From the sequence record DRR378314_995: a DNA stretch of 64,000 nt. One strand, written 5' to 3'. Shown piece by piece: positions 18,891 to 29,681 of this stretch. Under the pieces are notes generated by a model. That model made no database searches and was not told where the DNA came from. It saw nothing but the letters and a program-made list of their open reading frames with translations. Position 1 is the stretch's first letter. Each line of letters begins with the position of its first letter. Position numbers and translations under genes: made by a program.

Positions 18891-20468
18891 TCAGTCTGCG
18901 AGCAATTGCTCGGCTTTTTTCTGAACGGCTCCGTAATCGATCTTGCCTGTGCCGAGCACCGGAATTTCATCCACGTGGTATACCCGCTTGGGAACGGACA
19001 GTTCGGGCACGCCGTGGTTCTTCGCCCAGGCCAGAATGTCTTCTCGATTGCTGTCCTTGGTGTCGCTCAACAAAATAACTTGTTCGCCCTTTCTGGGATC
19101 GGGCAGGGTGACAGCTGCGTGAAGATTATCCGGCCAGATAGCGCTGGCGCAATTCTCGACGACTGCCAGCGACACCATTTCGCCGCCGATTTTCGCGAAG
19201 CGCTTGACCCGCCCCATGATCCTGATGATGCCTTCATCATCAATGGCCACGATATCTCCTGTATCGTGCCATCCGCCCTCGGGGCGTTCCAGGACGCCAG
19301 GGTTCGAAGGGCGCAGATACCCTAGCATGATGTTCGGCCCTCTCACGTGGAGCCGGCCACCGTCTTCAATGCCTTCAACGGGTACCAGTCGCGATTCCAT
19401 ACGCGCCATGAGTGTTCCGACCGTGCCAGGGCGATTATTCTCCCACTGGTTCGCGGCGATTACAGGAGACGCTTCGGTTGCTCCATATCCTTCGAGGATT
19501 TCGATTTCGAACTTCCGGCGCACAAGCGCGCGTGTTTCATCTTTCACTCGTTCAGCACCGCAAACGGCCAGTCGAACCGAACTCATGTCGCCGTCCCCAC
19601 CAATACGCGCATATTGCGAGATGAATGTGTCTGTCGCTAGAAGGATCGTTGATTGGTTGGCACGAATACGGCGGACGATTTCGCGCGGCTGAAGCGGCGA
19701 TGGGTGAAACATGACCGGAATTCCGGCGACAATTGGCAACACCGCGCCCACTGTTAGACCAAAACAGTGGAATGTTGGCAGGGGGTTGAACAGGCGATCT
19801 GTATCCGGGCTCAATCCAATATGCGCGCGAACCTGTTCGACATTGGCCATCACGTTTTCATGGCTGAGAACGACGCCCTTGGGCTCACCCTCGGTGCCAG
19901 ACGTGAAAAGCATCACACCGGGAGATTTGTAGCGCGATTGCTTGCGGACCAGCCCCGGAAGCACAGAACCTAGAGCAGCGATCAGCTTGTTGCTGAGCGT
20001 CAGGTTTTCCCGAACATCCTCCAGATACAGGATTTCTGCTGAATCGGAAAATTCCTCTATCAGATCCTCAAGGCCGCCTAGTTCAACAAATTTGTGCGCT
20101 GTCACGATGCGACTGATCTGTCCGGCCTTCATGGCGGCTTTCAGGTTGCGAGAGCCTGCCGTGAAGTTGAGCATTGCAGGGATTCGGTTGAACGCGCTGA
20201 TTGCATAGAAGCCGATGACCGCGCCGGCCCCGCTGGGCAGCATCACGCCGACGGCCTCTCCGGGTTTTGTGCCCTTGCGCAAGGTTGAGCCCAGCGCCAG
20301 CGCCGCTTGCACGATCTCTTTGTAGGTGAGTTCGCGTTCGTCGCCATCAATCAAAATGGCCTTTCCGCTCCCAAATTCCTTTTTTGCGCGAAAGAGTGCG
20401 CTGAAAAGATCGGTGCGGGTGCGTGATGGTTGATATGGCAAAGGTGCCGGGATGGTCTGTCCGGTCAT
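18891..20468 (-). CDS. AMP-binding acyl-ACP synthetase-like protein (resembles the Aas C-terminal domain)
   Basis: MLNFTAG, LFTSGTEGEPKGVVLSH, EGYGATE.SP, W.DTGD, GRVKRFAKIGGEMVSL, LGTGKIDY. Confidence 0.85.
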   Translation of the reverse strand: MTGQTIPAPLPYQPSRTRTDLFSALFRAKKEFGSGKAILIDGDERELTYKEIVQAALALGSTLRKGTKPGEAVGVMLPSGAGAVIGFYAISAFNRIPAMLNFTAGSRNLKAAMKAGQISRIVTAHKFVELGGLEDLIEEFSDSAEILYLEDVRENLTLSNKLIAALGSVLPGLVRKQSRYKSPGVMLFTSGTEGEPKGVVLSHENVMANVEQVRAHIGLSPDTDRLFNPLPTFHCFGLTVGAVLPIVAGIPVMFHPSPLQPREIVRRIRANQSTILLATDTFISQYARIGGDGDMSSVRLAVCGAERVKDETRALVRRKFEIEILEGYGATEASPVIAANQWENNRPGTVGTLMARMESRLVPVEGIEDGGRLHVRGPNIMLGYLRPSNPGVLERPEGGWHDTGDIVAIDDEGIIRIMGRVKRFAKIGGEMVSLAVVENCASAIWPDNLHAAVTLPDPRKGEQVILLSDTKDSNREDILAWAKNHGVPELSVPKRVYHVDEIPVLGTGKIDYGAVQKKAEQLLAD

Positions 20469-20623
20469 GATGGCCTCAGGTTCCCTCCGGGGCATCGCCC
20501 CATGTGTTTTTTGTAACAATCTGTCATTTATCGACACTGTCGCAAGCGGTAATGCAAGATTGCATAAACACTCTGCAGTGTATTTCCCTTGATGAAACAG
20601 TTGGTCAGGTCCATTTTCCCGCC

Positions 20624-21601
20624 ATGGCAAATCTCATCAATCTGACCGAAAACTCGCGCAAGCACCGGCATCCGGAGAAGCAATCGCGCCCGGATACGCC
20701 GTTGCTCCGCAAGCCAGACTGGATTCGCGTGAAAGCCCCGACATCGCAGGGCTACGCAGAAACGCGTCAGATCGTGAAATCAAAAGGCCTCGTTACAGTT
20801 TGCGAAGAGGCGGGCTGTCCGAACATTGGCGAATGTTGGGACAAGAAGCACGCCACTATGATGATTCTCGGCGAAATCTGCACGCGCGCCTGCAGCTTTT
20901 GCAACGTTTCCACCGGTAAGCCGCTCACACCAGGGCGAGTGGATGAAGATGAGCCGCGCCGAGTGGCTGAAGCAGTTGCTGAAATGGGACTGCAGCATGT
21001 CGTTATCACGTCAGTGGACCGCGATGACCTCACGGATGGCGGCGCAATGCATTTCGTCAACACGATCGAAGCGATTCGGGCCATGTCTCCCGGAACCACG
21101 ATCGAAATACTGACGCCCGATTTCCTGCGCAAGGATAGCTGGGAGAACCGTGTCATTGATGCGAAGCCCGATGTGTTCAACCATAATCTTGAAACAGTTC
21201 CGCGTCTTTACCTCTCAATCCGCCCGGGTGCGCGCTACTTCCATTCATTGCGCCTGTTGGAGAAGGTGAAGGATCGTGATCCGACACAGTTTACCAAGTC
21301 TGGCCTGATGGTCGGCCTCGGCGAAACAAAAGAAGAAGTGATGCAGGTCATGGATGACATGCGCTCTGCTGGCATCGACTTCCTGACAATTGGTCAATAC
21401 CTGCAGCCCACTCGGAAGCATGCCGCGATTGATCGCTATGTCCCGCCGGAAGAGTTCAAGGCGTACGAAGAAATTGCCCGCGCCAAAGGCTTCCTTATGG
21501 TTTCGGCGTCACCGCTGACCCGTTCCTCTCATCATGCGGGCGAAGACTTCGCGCGACTGCGCGCGGCGCGCGAAGCCAAACTGGCCACCGAAGCCGTCTA
21601 G
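20624..21601 (+). CDS. lipA: Lipoyl synthase
   Basis: [43 protein letters not shown]. Confidence 0.97.
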   Translation: MANLINLTENSRKHRHPEKQSRPDTPLLRKPDWIRVKAPTSQGYAETRQIVKSKGLVTVCEEAGCPNIGECWDKKHATMMILGEICTRACSFCNVSTGKPLTPGRVDEDEPRRVAEAVAEMGLQHVVITSVDRDDLTDGGAMHFVNTIEAIRAMSPGTTIEILTPDFLRKDSWENRVIDAKPDVFNHNLETVPRLYLSIRPGARYFHSLRLLEKVKDRDPTQFTKSGLMVGLGETKEEVMQVMDDMRSAGIDFLTIGQYLQPTRKHAAIDRYVPPEEFKAYEEIARAKGFLMVSASPLTRSSHHAGEDFARLRAAREAKLATEAV

Positions 21602-21604
21602 GCG

Positions 21605-22063
21605 ATGCCCCATTTCTCGAAATCGGTGCATGTGCCGTATGGCGGTCAACAGGCGTTCGAACTGGTATCGGACATCGCCGCCTATCCGGATTTCATAAAG
21701 TGGATCACGGCAATGCGCGTGTCTGAGATGCGCGTACAGCCCGACGCGAGCTTCACCTGCCTGGGAGAGGCAGCTGTAGGCTTCAAAGGTTTTGTCGAGC
21801 GTTTCACCACTCGGGTCGAGGCGGATCCTGCGCTGGGGCGCGTGGTTGCGTCCTTGGTGAAAGGTCCGTTTCGAAAGCTGAAAGCGGAGTGGGTGATTGA
21901 GGCGACAGATAGCGACGGGTCAGACATTTCGCTGTCCATAGACTACGATTTCCGAAATCCGTTGATAGGCATGCTGGCCGCGGCCAATCAGGAACTCGCA
22001 GTCAGCAAGATCCTCGGAGCGTTTCTTTCTGAGGCGGAGCGACGCTACGGGGCCAAAGCCTAA
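21605..22063 (+). CDS. RatA/Coq10 START-domain protein
   Basis: VPY.....F.LV.DI..YP.FI.W, GFK...E.FTT.V, GPF..L...W; follows lipA. Confidence 0.85.
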   Translation: MPHFSKSVHVPYGGQQAFELVSDIAAYPDFIKWITAMRVSEMRVQPDASFTCLGEAAVGFKGFVERFTTRVEADPALGRVVASLVKGPFRKLKAEWVIEATDSDGSDISLSIDYDFRNPLIGMLAAANQELAVSKILGAFLSEAERRYGAKA

Positions 22064-22551
22064 GCGATTTGCATCTGTATTTGCCGCAAAGCACATTCCA
22101 TCGCGGCGAGGCGTATCTGCTCGCGACCAATATCGCCGGTTTGCAGCATTTCATGTATGACGGCACGGTTTTCGCGAGCACAGGCCACATGGACGGTGCC
22201 GACGGGCTTCATGCGAGTGCCGCCGCCGGGGCCGGCGACGCCGGTTATGGCAACGGCAATGTTTGCGCGACTGGCTTCCAAGGCGCCTTCAGCCATCATT
22301 CGGGCAACTGGCTCTGATACGGCCCCGTAATCCGCCAGAACATCGCCAGCAATACCCAGCATTTCTTCCTTGGCGCGGTTTGAGTAGGAAACAAAGCCGC
22401 GTTCAAAAACGGTCGAACTGCCGGGGATGTCTGTCAGCAAGCCTGCCAGCAGGCCACCAGTGCAGCTTTCAGCCGTGCAAATTCTGAGGCGTGATTGTGC
22501 GGCGTCATCGAGCACAAGCATGGCGAGATTGCGAAGTCGATCTGGAAACAT
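22060..22551 (-). CDS. cinA: CinA/PncC family NMN deamidase
   Basis: [42 protein letters not shown]...KPVGTV. Confidence 0.88.
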   Translation of the reverse strand: MFPDRLRNLAMLVLDDAAQSRLRICTAESCTGGLLAGLLTDIPGSSTVFERGFVSYSNRAKEEMLGIAGDVLADYGAVSEPVARMMAEGALEASRANIAVAITGVAGPGGGTRMKPVGTVHVACARENRAVIHEMLQTGDIGREQIRLAAMECALRQIQMQIA

Positions 22552-22602
22552 AGACTACAAGATAAGGGGTGTTCGCTGCGGCGTGAAGCGAAGATTACGA
22601 AT

Positions 22603-23745
22603 TCAGTCGCCTGACGTCGGGACGAGTGTGACGACTGCTTCCGCAGCGATCCCTTCGCGTCTTCCCGTAAAGCCAAGTGCTTCTGTCGTTGTGGCTTTCA
22701 CGCTGACAGCATCGAGCGAAAGGTCGAGCAATTCCGCTGTTCGTTTGCGCATTGTCTCCCGGTGAGGTTTTACTTTTGGAGCTTCACAGATGATCGTTAC
22801 GTCGCAATTTCCTATGGCAAAGCCGCGCTTTAAAGCCAGATTTTGCGCTTCTTTCAGGAACAGCCCGCTGTCTGCATCCTTCCACCGGTCTTCATTCGGG
22901 GGGAAATGATCTCCAATGTCACCTAACGCAGCCGCCCCCAAAATAGCGTCCGTCAAAGCATGCCATGCAGCGTCTGCGTCTGAATGCCCCTTAAGCTTGG
23001 CGGTGTGGGGAATTTTCACTCCGCAAAGAATGACATGGTCACCCGGTTCGAACGCGTGGACGTCAAAACCTTTTCCGATGCGAGGAAAGGCGAGGCGTGG
23101 CGTCATCATTCTTGAAACCATGTCGAAATCCTCCGGATAGGTGATTTTGTGCAGTCGATCGGAGCCTTTGACCAGTTTCACCGCGACGCCTTGGCGCTCT
23201 ACAGCGGCCAGGTCATCGACGAGATCGTCCGCGGCTTCACTTAAGGCGTGAACGATTGCGCCGAAACGGAATGCTTGAGGTGTCTGAACCCGATAGAGAT
23301 CGTCTCTCGATACAGATACCAAGTTCGTGTCTGACGCCCGTTTCAGAGCATCCTGTACTGGCAAAGCGGGCGCCGCTGCATCGTGTGTGGATAGAGCCTC
23401 CAACAGGTTATCGATAATCGCGTGAGTCAGGCCTGGCCGAGCGGCGTCATGGATCAACACAGCCGTATTTTCCGCAGGGTCCTTGATCGCCTGCAGGCCG
23501 TTGCGAACCGATTGTGTGCGCGTGTCGCCACCTGTCGCAAGTAGGCACCCATCTGAATGAAAGCCGTCTGGTACGTCAGGCCCGGTCACGATGATTACGT
23601 CATCGACGGCGGGATGGGACTGAAAAGCACGGATTGACCATTCGATGACGCGACGGCCATTGAGGTCACACCATTGCTTGGCGCGCTCACTTTCTGCCCG
23701 AGAGCCTTTGCCGGCGGCGACGATAATGGCGACGGTTCTATTCAT
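22603..23745 (-). CDS. ispDF: Bifunctional IspD/IspF (MEP pathway)
   Basis: AAG.GSR....[60 protein letters not shown]. Confidence 0.95.
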   Translation of the reverse strand: MNRTVAIIVAAGKGSRAESERAKQWCDLNGRRVIEWSIRAFQSHPAVDDVIIVTGPDVPDGFHSDGCLLATGGDTRTQSVRNGLQAIKDPAENTAVLIHDAARPGLTHAIIDNLLEALSTHDAAAPALPVQDALKRASDTNLVSVSRDDLYRVQTPQAFRFGAIVHALSEAADDLVDDLAAVERQGVAVKLVKGSDRLHKITYPEDFDMVSRMMTPRLAFPRIGKGFDVHAFEPGDHVILCGVKIPHTAKLKGHSDADAAWHALTDAILGAAALGDIGDHFPPNEDRWKDADSGLFLKEAQNLALKRGFAIGNCDVTIICEAPKVKPHRETMRKRTAELLDLSLDAVSVKATTTEALGFTGRREGIAAEAVVTLVPTSGD

Positions 23746-23811
23746 GGGCGGGTTAATATGCGAGGGCGCCAGGGTTGGCTACTGGCGATTTCTATCAGCG
23801 CCGGTTGCAGC

Positions 23812-23828
23812 TGCTTGCATATTGTGCA
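23812..23828. promoter_or_regulatory. Candidate NtrC binding site upstream of dusB-ntrBC
   Basis: TGCttgcatattGTGCA fits the 17-bp TGC-N11-GCA NtrC pattern where autoregulation of this operon is expected. Confidence 0.45.
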
Positions 23829-23863
23829 CTTGCGAAGTCATGAAAAAACGGAAAGATAGTCAA

Positions 23864-24853
23864 ATGACCAATTTTCAGGCACCCAAAGTCTGGTTGGCTC
23901 CAATGTCAGGAGCAACAGATGCGCCAATGCGTCGACAGGCCGTCAGGTTTGGCGCGCCGGCTGTGGTGTCCGAAATGGTGGCAGGCGATATGCTGGCGAT
24001 TGCTCGTCCGGATGTTGTGCGGCGCACATGTCGCCACGATGGCGATGGCCAGTGGATTGTCCAACTGGCTGCCAGCCGCCCCGAAGCGATGCAAACAGGG
24101 GCGCGGTTGCTTCGTGAAGCGGGCGTCGATGTAATTGATATCAACATGGGATGCCCCTCACGGCAGGTGACAGGCGCGCAGTCTGGCTCAGCCTTGATGC
24201 GTGACGTGCCTCTGGCGCTAGAAATCATACAGGCGGCTATCGATGGCGCGGGCGACCTGCCTGTGACCCTGAAGATGAGACTTGGTTGGGACCATGACTC
24301 GCTCAATGCGCCAGACATTGCTCAATCAGCCGAGCAAATGGGCGTTCGTATGTTGACTGTGCACGGGCGGACTCGATGCCAGTTCTATAAAGGCACTGCG
24401 GATTGGACGCGCGTCTCTGACACAGTCGAGGCAGTGTCGCTACCGGTCATCGTCAATGGCGATATTTCTTCATGCAATGATGCCAGGAAAGCTCTGACGG
24501 AATCTGGGGCGCACGGAGTTATGGTCGGGCGGGCGGCTATGGGCCAACCCTGGCTGCTCGGCCGAATTGCGGCTCACCTTGACGGAGAGACGTTTGAAGA
24601 GCCTGCATTGGACGAGCAACTTGATAGTTTGCTCGAACAAATATCAGACAGCGTCGATCTATACGGAGACTTTCTGGGAGTGCGCACAGTGCGCAAGCAC
24701 GTGTCCGCGGCGATCGAGAGTGTGAATTTGCCGTTAGCGGACGATGTCCGCCGGAAATTGCGATCTCAGCTGTGCCAGATCAATCATGCCGGCGACCTGC
24801 AATCTGCGCTCAGGCGTGTGTATCGCAAAACGTTCGAACTGGAGGCCGCGTAA
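23864..24853 (+). CDS. dusB: tRNA-dihydrouridine synthase B (NifR3)
   Basis: LAPMSG.TD, IDINMGCP, PVTLKMRLGWD, TVHGRTR.Q.Y.G.ADW, NGDI, GVMVGR. Confidence 0.93.
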   Translation: MTNFQAPKVWLAPMSGATDAPMRRQAVRFGAPAVVSEMVAGDMLAIARPDVVRRTCRHDGDGQWIVQLAASRPEAMQTGARLLREAGVDVIDINMGCPSRQVTGAQSGSALMRDVPLALEIIQAAIDGAGDLPVTLKMRLGWDHDSLNAPDIAQSAEQMGVRMLTVHGRTRCQFYKGTADWTRVSDTVEAVSLPVIVNGDISSCNDARKALTESGAHGVMVGRAAMGQPWLLGRIAAHLDGETFEEPALDEQLDSLLEQISDSVDLYGDFLGVRTVRKHVSAAIESVNLPLADDVRRKLRSQLCQINHAGDLQSALRRVYRKTFELEAA

Positions 24854-25926
24854 TGACGAGTGACGTAACGATGCCGGCGCCTCGTTTGGCAGATTTGTCT
24901 CCGATTGCGCTAATGCTGGTTGATGCCAGACGCAAAGTAGTCGAGGTCAACGCGGCAGCAGAAAGTCTACTTCAGCTCTCTCGCAGGGCTTTGAGAACCA
25001 AACCTTTGAGTGAGATTGTCTACCACGACTCGCCTGTATTTGAGTTGCTGGATCGCGCCCAACGGACAGTTGGGGATATCACCGCGCCTGGCACACCCAT
25101 CAGCGGGCCGGGGCTCTTGTCTCGTCATATCTGTGATATCTGGGTAAGATCCACGGACGAAGGCGGCTTCATGATCGCTATGTGCGACGCTGCGACTCGA
25201 GACGTAAATGAGTCCGCAGCGGGTGTTGCCGGGTTTGGCCGTATTCTCGGACATGAAGTTAAAAACCCGCTTGGGGGGATTATCGGCGCGGCGCAGTTGC
25301 TTGAAAGACAGTCTGTTGACGGTCAATCGGAGCTTCTGGAGATCATCAAGGAAGAGGCGCGTCGTATTGAGCGTCTCGTAAACAGGCTGTCGGCCTTTGA
25401 ACTGTTTTCCGCGCCTCATATGGAGCCATTCAACATTCATGCGCTGCTGGAGCGCGTGCTGGCGTCTGAAACTGCCGCCATGGGATCGAAGGTAGAGTTC
25501 AAGAGAGATTTTGATCCATCGCTTCCGCCTGTGATCGGCGATTCAGACCACCTGCAACAAGCTTTCCAGAATTTGATCCGGAACGCTGCCGAGGCTGCTA
25601 GCGACGGTGGCGTCCCAGCGAAAGTTACTGTGCGAACATCTTACGCTGCAGGGCTATCGTTTCGCCAGGCAAGACTCGGGGCCGGGCTTCGGCGCGCTAT
25701 GCTTGTTTCTGTAGAAGACACCGGCAAGGGCATTCCGCGAAACCGGCAGAGCTCTATTTTCGAAGTTTTCCAGAGCAGCAAATCGGGCGCACGGGGACTT
25801 GGTCTGTCAATTGTGAAAGAAGTGGTCACCGCGCATGGCGGCCAAATACGCGTCGATAGCGTTCCCGGTTCGACGCGCTTTTCAGTTTTGTTACCCCTAG
25901 GAACAGGAGAAAGATCTGATGGCTGA
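24853..25926 (+). CDS. ntrB: Nitrogen regulation sensor histidine kinase NtrB
   Basis: PAS-like N-terminus, HEVKNPL.GI.GAAQLL, FDPSLP, NLIRNA.EA, D.G.G, GLGL; between dusB and ntrC. Confidence 0.88.
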   Translation: MTSDVTMPAPRLADLSPIALMLVDARRKVVEVNAAAESLLQLSRRALRTKPLSEIVYHDSPVFELLDRAQRTVGDITAPGTPISGPGLLSRHICDIWVRSTDEGGFMIAMCDAATRDVNESAAGVAGFGRILGHEVKNPLGGIIGAAQLLERQSVDGQSELLEIIKEEARRIERLVNRLSAFELFSAPHMEPFNIHALLERVLASETAAMGSKVEFKRDFDPSLPPVIGDSDHLQQAFQNLIRNAAEAASDGGVPAKVTVRTSYAAGLSFRQARLGAGLRRAMLVSVEDTGKGIPRNRQSSIFEVFQSSKSGARGLGLSIVKEVVTAHGGQIRVDSVPGSTRFSVLLPLGTGERSDG

Positions 25927-27295
25927 GAAAACGATTCTGCTTGCAGAAGATGATGCCAGCATTCGTTTGATCGTGAATCAGACTTTGGTGTCTGCAGGTT
26001 ACGAAGTTCGCGCAACAAGCTCACCAGAGGCTCTGGAGCGGTGGGTCCGTAACGGGGAAGGCGATGTCGTGGTGACAGACGTCTTCCTGGGTGACGCGTC
26101 GATCTTTGACTTGTTACCATCGTTGAAACTGGCTCGCCCGGAGTTGCCTTTCATTGTGATGAGCGGCCAGAATACGATCCTGACGGCCGCGTCTGCTGCT
26201 CAACATGGCGCATTCGACTACCTTCCGAAGCCATTCGATATCGACACCCTATCAGGTTTGGTTCAGCGGGCGCTGAAATCACAGCCGAAGGGATCGAGCA
26301 AGGCGATCAACCCTGAATCCCAGAAGGCGATATCCGACGCCGGCCTGCCTCTGATCGGTCGTTCTGACGCGATGCAAGAAGTCTATCGGATCATCGCCAA
26401 GGTGATGAATACCGATTTGACCGTCCTGATCGAAGGCGAAAGCGGGACGGGTAAAGAACTTGCTGCGCGCGCAATCCACCAGTTGGGAGACGCGAAGAAT
26501 GGACACTTTGTGGCTCTGGATTTGGCAGCGCTGCCAGCATCGGAGATTAACCGGCAGTTGTTTGGTGCCAATGGTGAGCAGGGGGCGGTCCATCAAAAAG
26601 GGGGAACTCTATACCTAGATGAGATTGGCGACCTTCCAGCGGAGGCGCAAACCCAACTCGTGAAGTTGATGCGGGATTCCAGTGGTGCGCGGATCATTGC
26701 GTCAACTCGTCGAAATTTGGGGCGTTTGGTAGACGATGGGAAGTTTCGTGAGGATCTTTACTACCGACTAAATGTGGTTCGCCTGACAATGCCGCCACTG
26801 CGCTTGCGGAAGGAAGACATTCCGGAACTCGCACGCGCTTTCCTGATCCGCGCCCAACGGCAGGGCCTGGCGGCGAAAACACTAGACAAGTCCGCATTGG
26901 ATTTGCTGACCGCCTATGACTGGCCTGGAAATGTGCGCGAGTTGGAGAATCTTGTCCTTAGGCTGGCGGTACTCTGCCCGGATGAGACAGTCACCTTGCG
27001 GGATGTCGAACGTGAGTTGCGCGCAGGTGCAAGCGAGCAGAAAGGCTCCAGCGCAGGATTTGAGAAAGACATGGAGACACTGTTGCACCGCTACATCATG
27101 GGCGACCTCATCGCCAATGGCGACAATGAGGAATCCAACGTCTACTCGAGCGTAATTGATCAGGTTGAGCGCCCACTTATCCGTTTGGCTCTATCTGTGA
27201 CAGCAGGCAACAAAGTGAAAGCGGCGCAGCTATTAGGTATGAACAGAAACACGTTACGGGCCAAGATCAACGCGCTAGGCATTGCAGAAGACTGA
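25919..27295 (+). CDS. ntrC: Nitrogen regulation response regulator NtrC (lacks GAFTGA)
   Basis: REC (MSGQNT..TA, GAFDYLPKPFD), Walker A GESGTGKE, Walker B LYLDEIG, FREDLYYRL, WPGNVRELEN, Fis HTH (LGMNRNTLR). Confidence 0.9.
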   Translation: MAEKTILLAEDDASIRLIVNQTLVSAGYEVRATSSPEALERWVRNGEGDVVVTDVFLGDASIFDLLPSLKLARPELPFIVMSGQNTILTAASAAQHGAFDYLPKPFDIDTLSGLVQRALKSQPKGSSKAINPESQKAISDAGLPLIGRSDAMQEVYRIIAKVMNTDLTVLIEGESGTGKELAARAIHQLGDAKNGHFVALDLAALPASEINRQLFGANGEQGAVHQKGGTLYLDEIGDLPAEAQTQLVKLMRDSSGARIIASTRRNLGRLVDDGKFREDLYYRLNVVRLTMPPLRLRKEDIPELARAFLIRAQRQGLAAKTLDKSALDLLTAYDWPGNVRELENLVLRLAVLCPDETVTLRDVERELRAGASEQKGSSAGFEKDMETLLHRYIMGDLIANGDNEESNVYSSVIDQVERPLIRLALSVTAGNKVKAAQLLGMNRNTLRAKINALGIAED

Positions 27296-27403
27296 TTGAC
27301 TGACACAACAACTGTGGCATTACTGCACCAGTGTTGCGATTCAGGCACGATTATGTGTTTGAAGTGCAATGGGCTTTTTGGCCGAGTGTAGAGCGGTAGT
27401 TTT

Positions 27404-29668
27404 TTGTCGAACGTGTTGAGTCAGCAAGCCTCCAAGGCAAGTTGGGCCCTTTTCGAAGGGCTGTTCATTATCGCTGCGCTTGTTGCCGTTTTTGCAACAT
27501 TTATTGCGATTTCAGGCGTAGACCCCGACAATCCCACCGCCGGTACAACGCCTTGGTTGCTGGGTCTGAACTTCGTCGTCGTCATCGTGCTCGCGACTAT
27601 CGTGGTGCGGGAATACTTCGCTATTCAGTCGAACAGTGAGAGCGAGGGGCGTGGTCGTCTCGCTCGGCGGTTCGTTATGTTGTTTGGCTTTTCGGCATTG
27701 GTTCCCTCAGCGATCGTCGCTGTGTTTCTGGGTGCCATCTTCACGCAGGGGCTCGACAACTGGCTTGGCGAGCGTGTCGACTCGGTGATGGAGAAGAACG
27801 CAGAGATTTTTCGCAACTATGTCGATAATTTCGAGACGACATTCGACGTAGATGTGCGATTGGCCGCTCTCGATGTCGAGAATTTTGCTCGAGATGTTGA
27901 GGCCAGTTTTGGAGATGGCGATGTCTCGCGTGCCTTGTCCGCAAATGCCTCCGTAGCGTTTTCTGAAGGTTTGCGGTCTGAACTTGCCTTCAGGGACTTT
28001 CTGACCATTGCCATTCTAGGCGACGACGGGGTCGAATTGATTGCCGAGGAAAGCGTGCAGGATGCCATTCTGATCCCGCCGCCCGCAGCAGCTTTTGAGG
28101 AAGCCGACAGAGGTGAAATCGCTACGACGCTCTACGAAAATCGCGGCGTCGCCACCGCGCTCATCCACATCACAGAACCCCTGAACGGCTATATTTATGC
28201 TGTTAAGAATTTTGACCGCAATGCCGCGGTTCGCCTTCGTGAAGCGGAAGCCGAAATCATTCAGTACAATAATGCGAAGCGCCAGGGCGGGCGGCTCCAG
28301 ACAATCTTTGCCATCGGATACGCGCAAATCGCTGCGCTTGTTTTGTTGTTAGCCGGGCGCCTGGGTCTTGAGGCTGCTGGTCGCGTTACCGGTCCAATCG
28401 GTCGACTTGCCATGGCGGCTCACACGGTCAGGGACGGCGACCTGACCGTTCGGGTGCCTGTTACCGGTGCAAAAGATGAAGTCTATGCTCTCAGCAAGTC
28501 GTTTAATGCGATGACGGAGCAATTGTCAGAACAAAGAAGCGCCCTGATCCGAGCACGAGAAGATGAAGAAGATCGTCGCCATTTTGTTGAGACACTGCTT
28601 GCCGAGGTAAGTGCAGGCGTTATCCGGATGGATCCACACATGGTCGTAACGCTGGCGAACCGGTCGGCTGGAGACTTGCTGGGTGTTGACGAAATTCAGG
28701 AGGGCGCGTTTCTAGCTGATGTCGCACCTGACTTTGTTCAGTTTGCGAAAGACACACTTCAACAGGGGTCACCGGTTGATGCTTCAATCGATATAAACAG
28801 AAACGGTGCAATACGGCATTTCCGGCTGAAAACCGCACCCGATCCAGCTGGTGGTTGTGTGCTGACGTTTGATGACACAACTCGCCTGGTAAACGCGCAG
28901 CGGCAGTTGGCTTGGCGCGACGTGGCTCGAAGAATCGCTCACGAAATCCGTAATCCGTTGACACCCATTATGCTATCGACTGAGCGACTTCGGCGCCGGT
29001 ATGCGAGTTCCATTGATGACACCGATGGTGTGTTCGACAGATGCATCGAGACAATCCTGCGCCAGGTAGGTGATATTGGCCGGATGGTAGAGGAGTTTTC
29101 GTCGTTTGCGCGAATGCCAAAACCCAACGCCAACAAGTTCGATATGAAGTCGGTTCTTGAGGCGACGAGTTTCTCACAAGGCATGGTGTCTCCCGATATC
29201 AAGGTCGTGTTTGAATCAGAAGCAGAGTCAGTCACGTATCTGGGAGACGAACGACTGATCGGCCAGGCCTTTGGAAACCTTCTCAAGAATGCTGCAGAAG
29301 CAATTGAGGGCATGCCGGAAGAAGCTGACGTGCAAGGGCACATTCGGGTGAGCCTGACAGAGTCCGAGAAAGGGCTAGACATCACGATCGAGGACAACGG
29401 GCCCGGATTTCCGGAGGATGTCAGGGATCGGCTGCTGGAACCCTATGTGACAACTCGTGAAAAAGGGACTGGTCTAGGCTTGGCGATTGTGAACCGAATT
29501 ATCGTTGACCATGGCGGGTCGATATCCTTGCAGAACCGTCTGGATGGAATGCGCGGCGCCCGGGTTCGGGTCTGGTTACCGCATGATTCCCTGAAAGTTA
29601 GTGAAACGTTTGACGCCCAACACGACGACGAGTTGGACGAATTACCGGCCCCGGCCGGTTTGGTGTAG
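27404..29668 (+). CDS. ntrY: Sensor histidine kinase NtrY
   Basis: Multi-TM N-terminus, HAMP, PAS-like, AWRDVARRIAHEIRNPLTPI, EFSSFARMP, EPYVTTREKGTGLGL; TTG start uncertain. Confidence 0.92.
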   Translation: MSNVLSQQASKASWALFEGLFIIAALVAVFATFIAISGVDPDNPTAGTTPWLLGLNFVVVIVLATIVVREYFAIQSNSESEGRGRLARRFVMLFGFSALVPSAIVAVFLGAIFTQGLDNWLGERVDSVMEKNAEIFRNYVDNFETTFDVDVRLAALDVENFARDVEASFGDGDVSRALSANASVAFSEGLRSELAFRDFLTIAILGDDGVELIAEESVQDAILIPPPAAAFEEADRGEIATTLYENRGVATALIHITEPLNGYIYAVKNFDRNAAVRLREAEAEIIQYNNAKRQGGRLQTIFAIGYAQIAALVLLLAGRLGLEAAGRVTGPIGRLAMAAHTVRDGDLTVRVPVTGAKDEVYALSKSFNAMTEQLSEQRSALIRAREDEEDRRHFVETLLAEVSAGVIRMDPHMVVTLANRSAGDLLGVDEIQEGAFLADVAPDFVQFAKDTLQQGSPVDASIDINRNGAIRHFRLKTAPDPAGGCVLTFDDTTRLVNAQRQLAWRDVARRIAHEIRNPLTPIMLSTERLRRRYASSIDDTDGVFDRCIETILRQVGDIGRMVEEFSSFARMPKPNANKFDMKSVLEATSFSQGMVSPDIKVVFESEAESVTYLGDERLIGQAFGNLLKNAAEAIEGMPEEADVQGHIRVSLTESEKGLDITIEDNGPGFPEDVRDRLLEPYVTTREKGTGLGLAIVNRIIVDHGGSISLQNRLDGMRGARVRVWLPHDSLKVSETFDAQHDDELDELPAPAGLV

Positions 29669-29681
29669 AGGAGCCCGACAG

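Noticed and set aside
21605..22063. RatA as a toxin-antitoxin system
   Set aside because: No antitoxin partner; lipA-linked Coq10-like proteins are housekeeping quinone-binding proteins.
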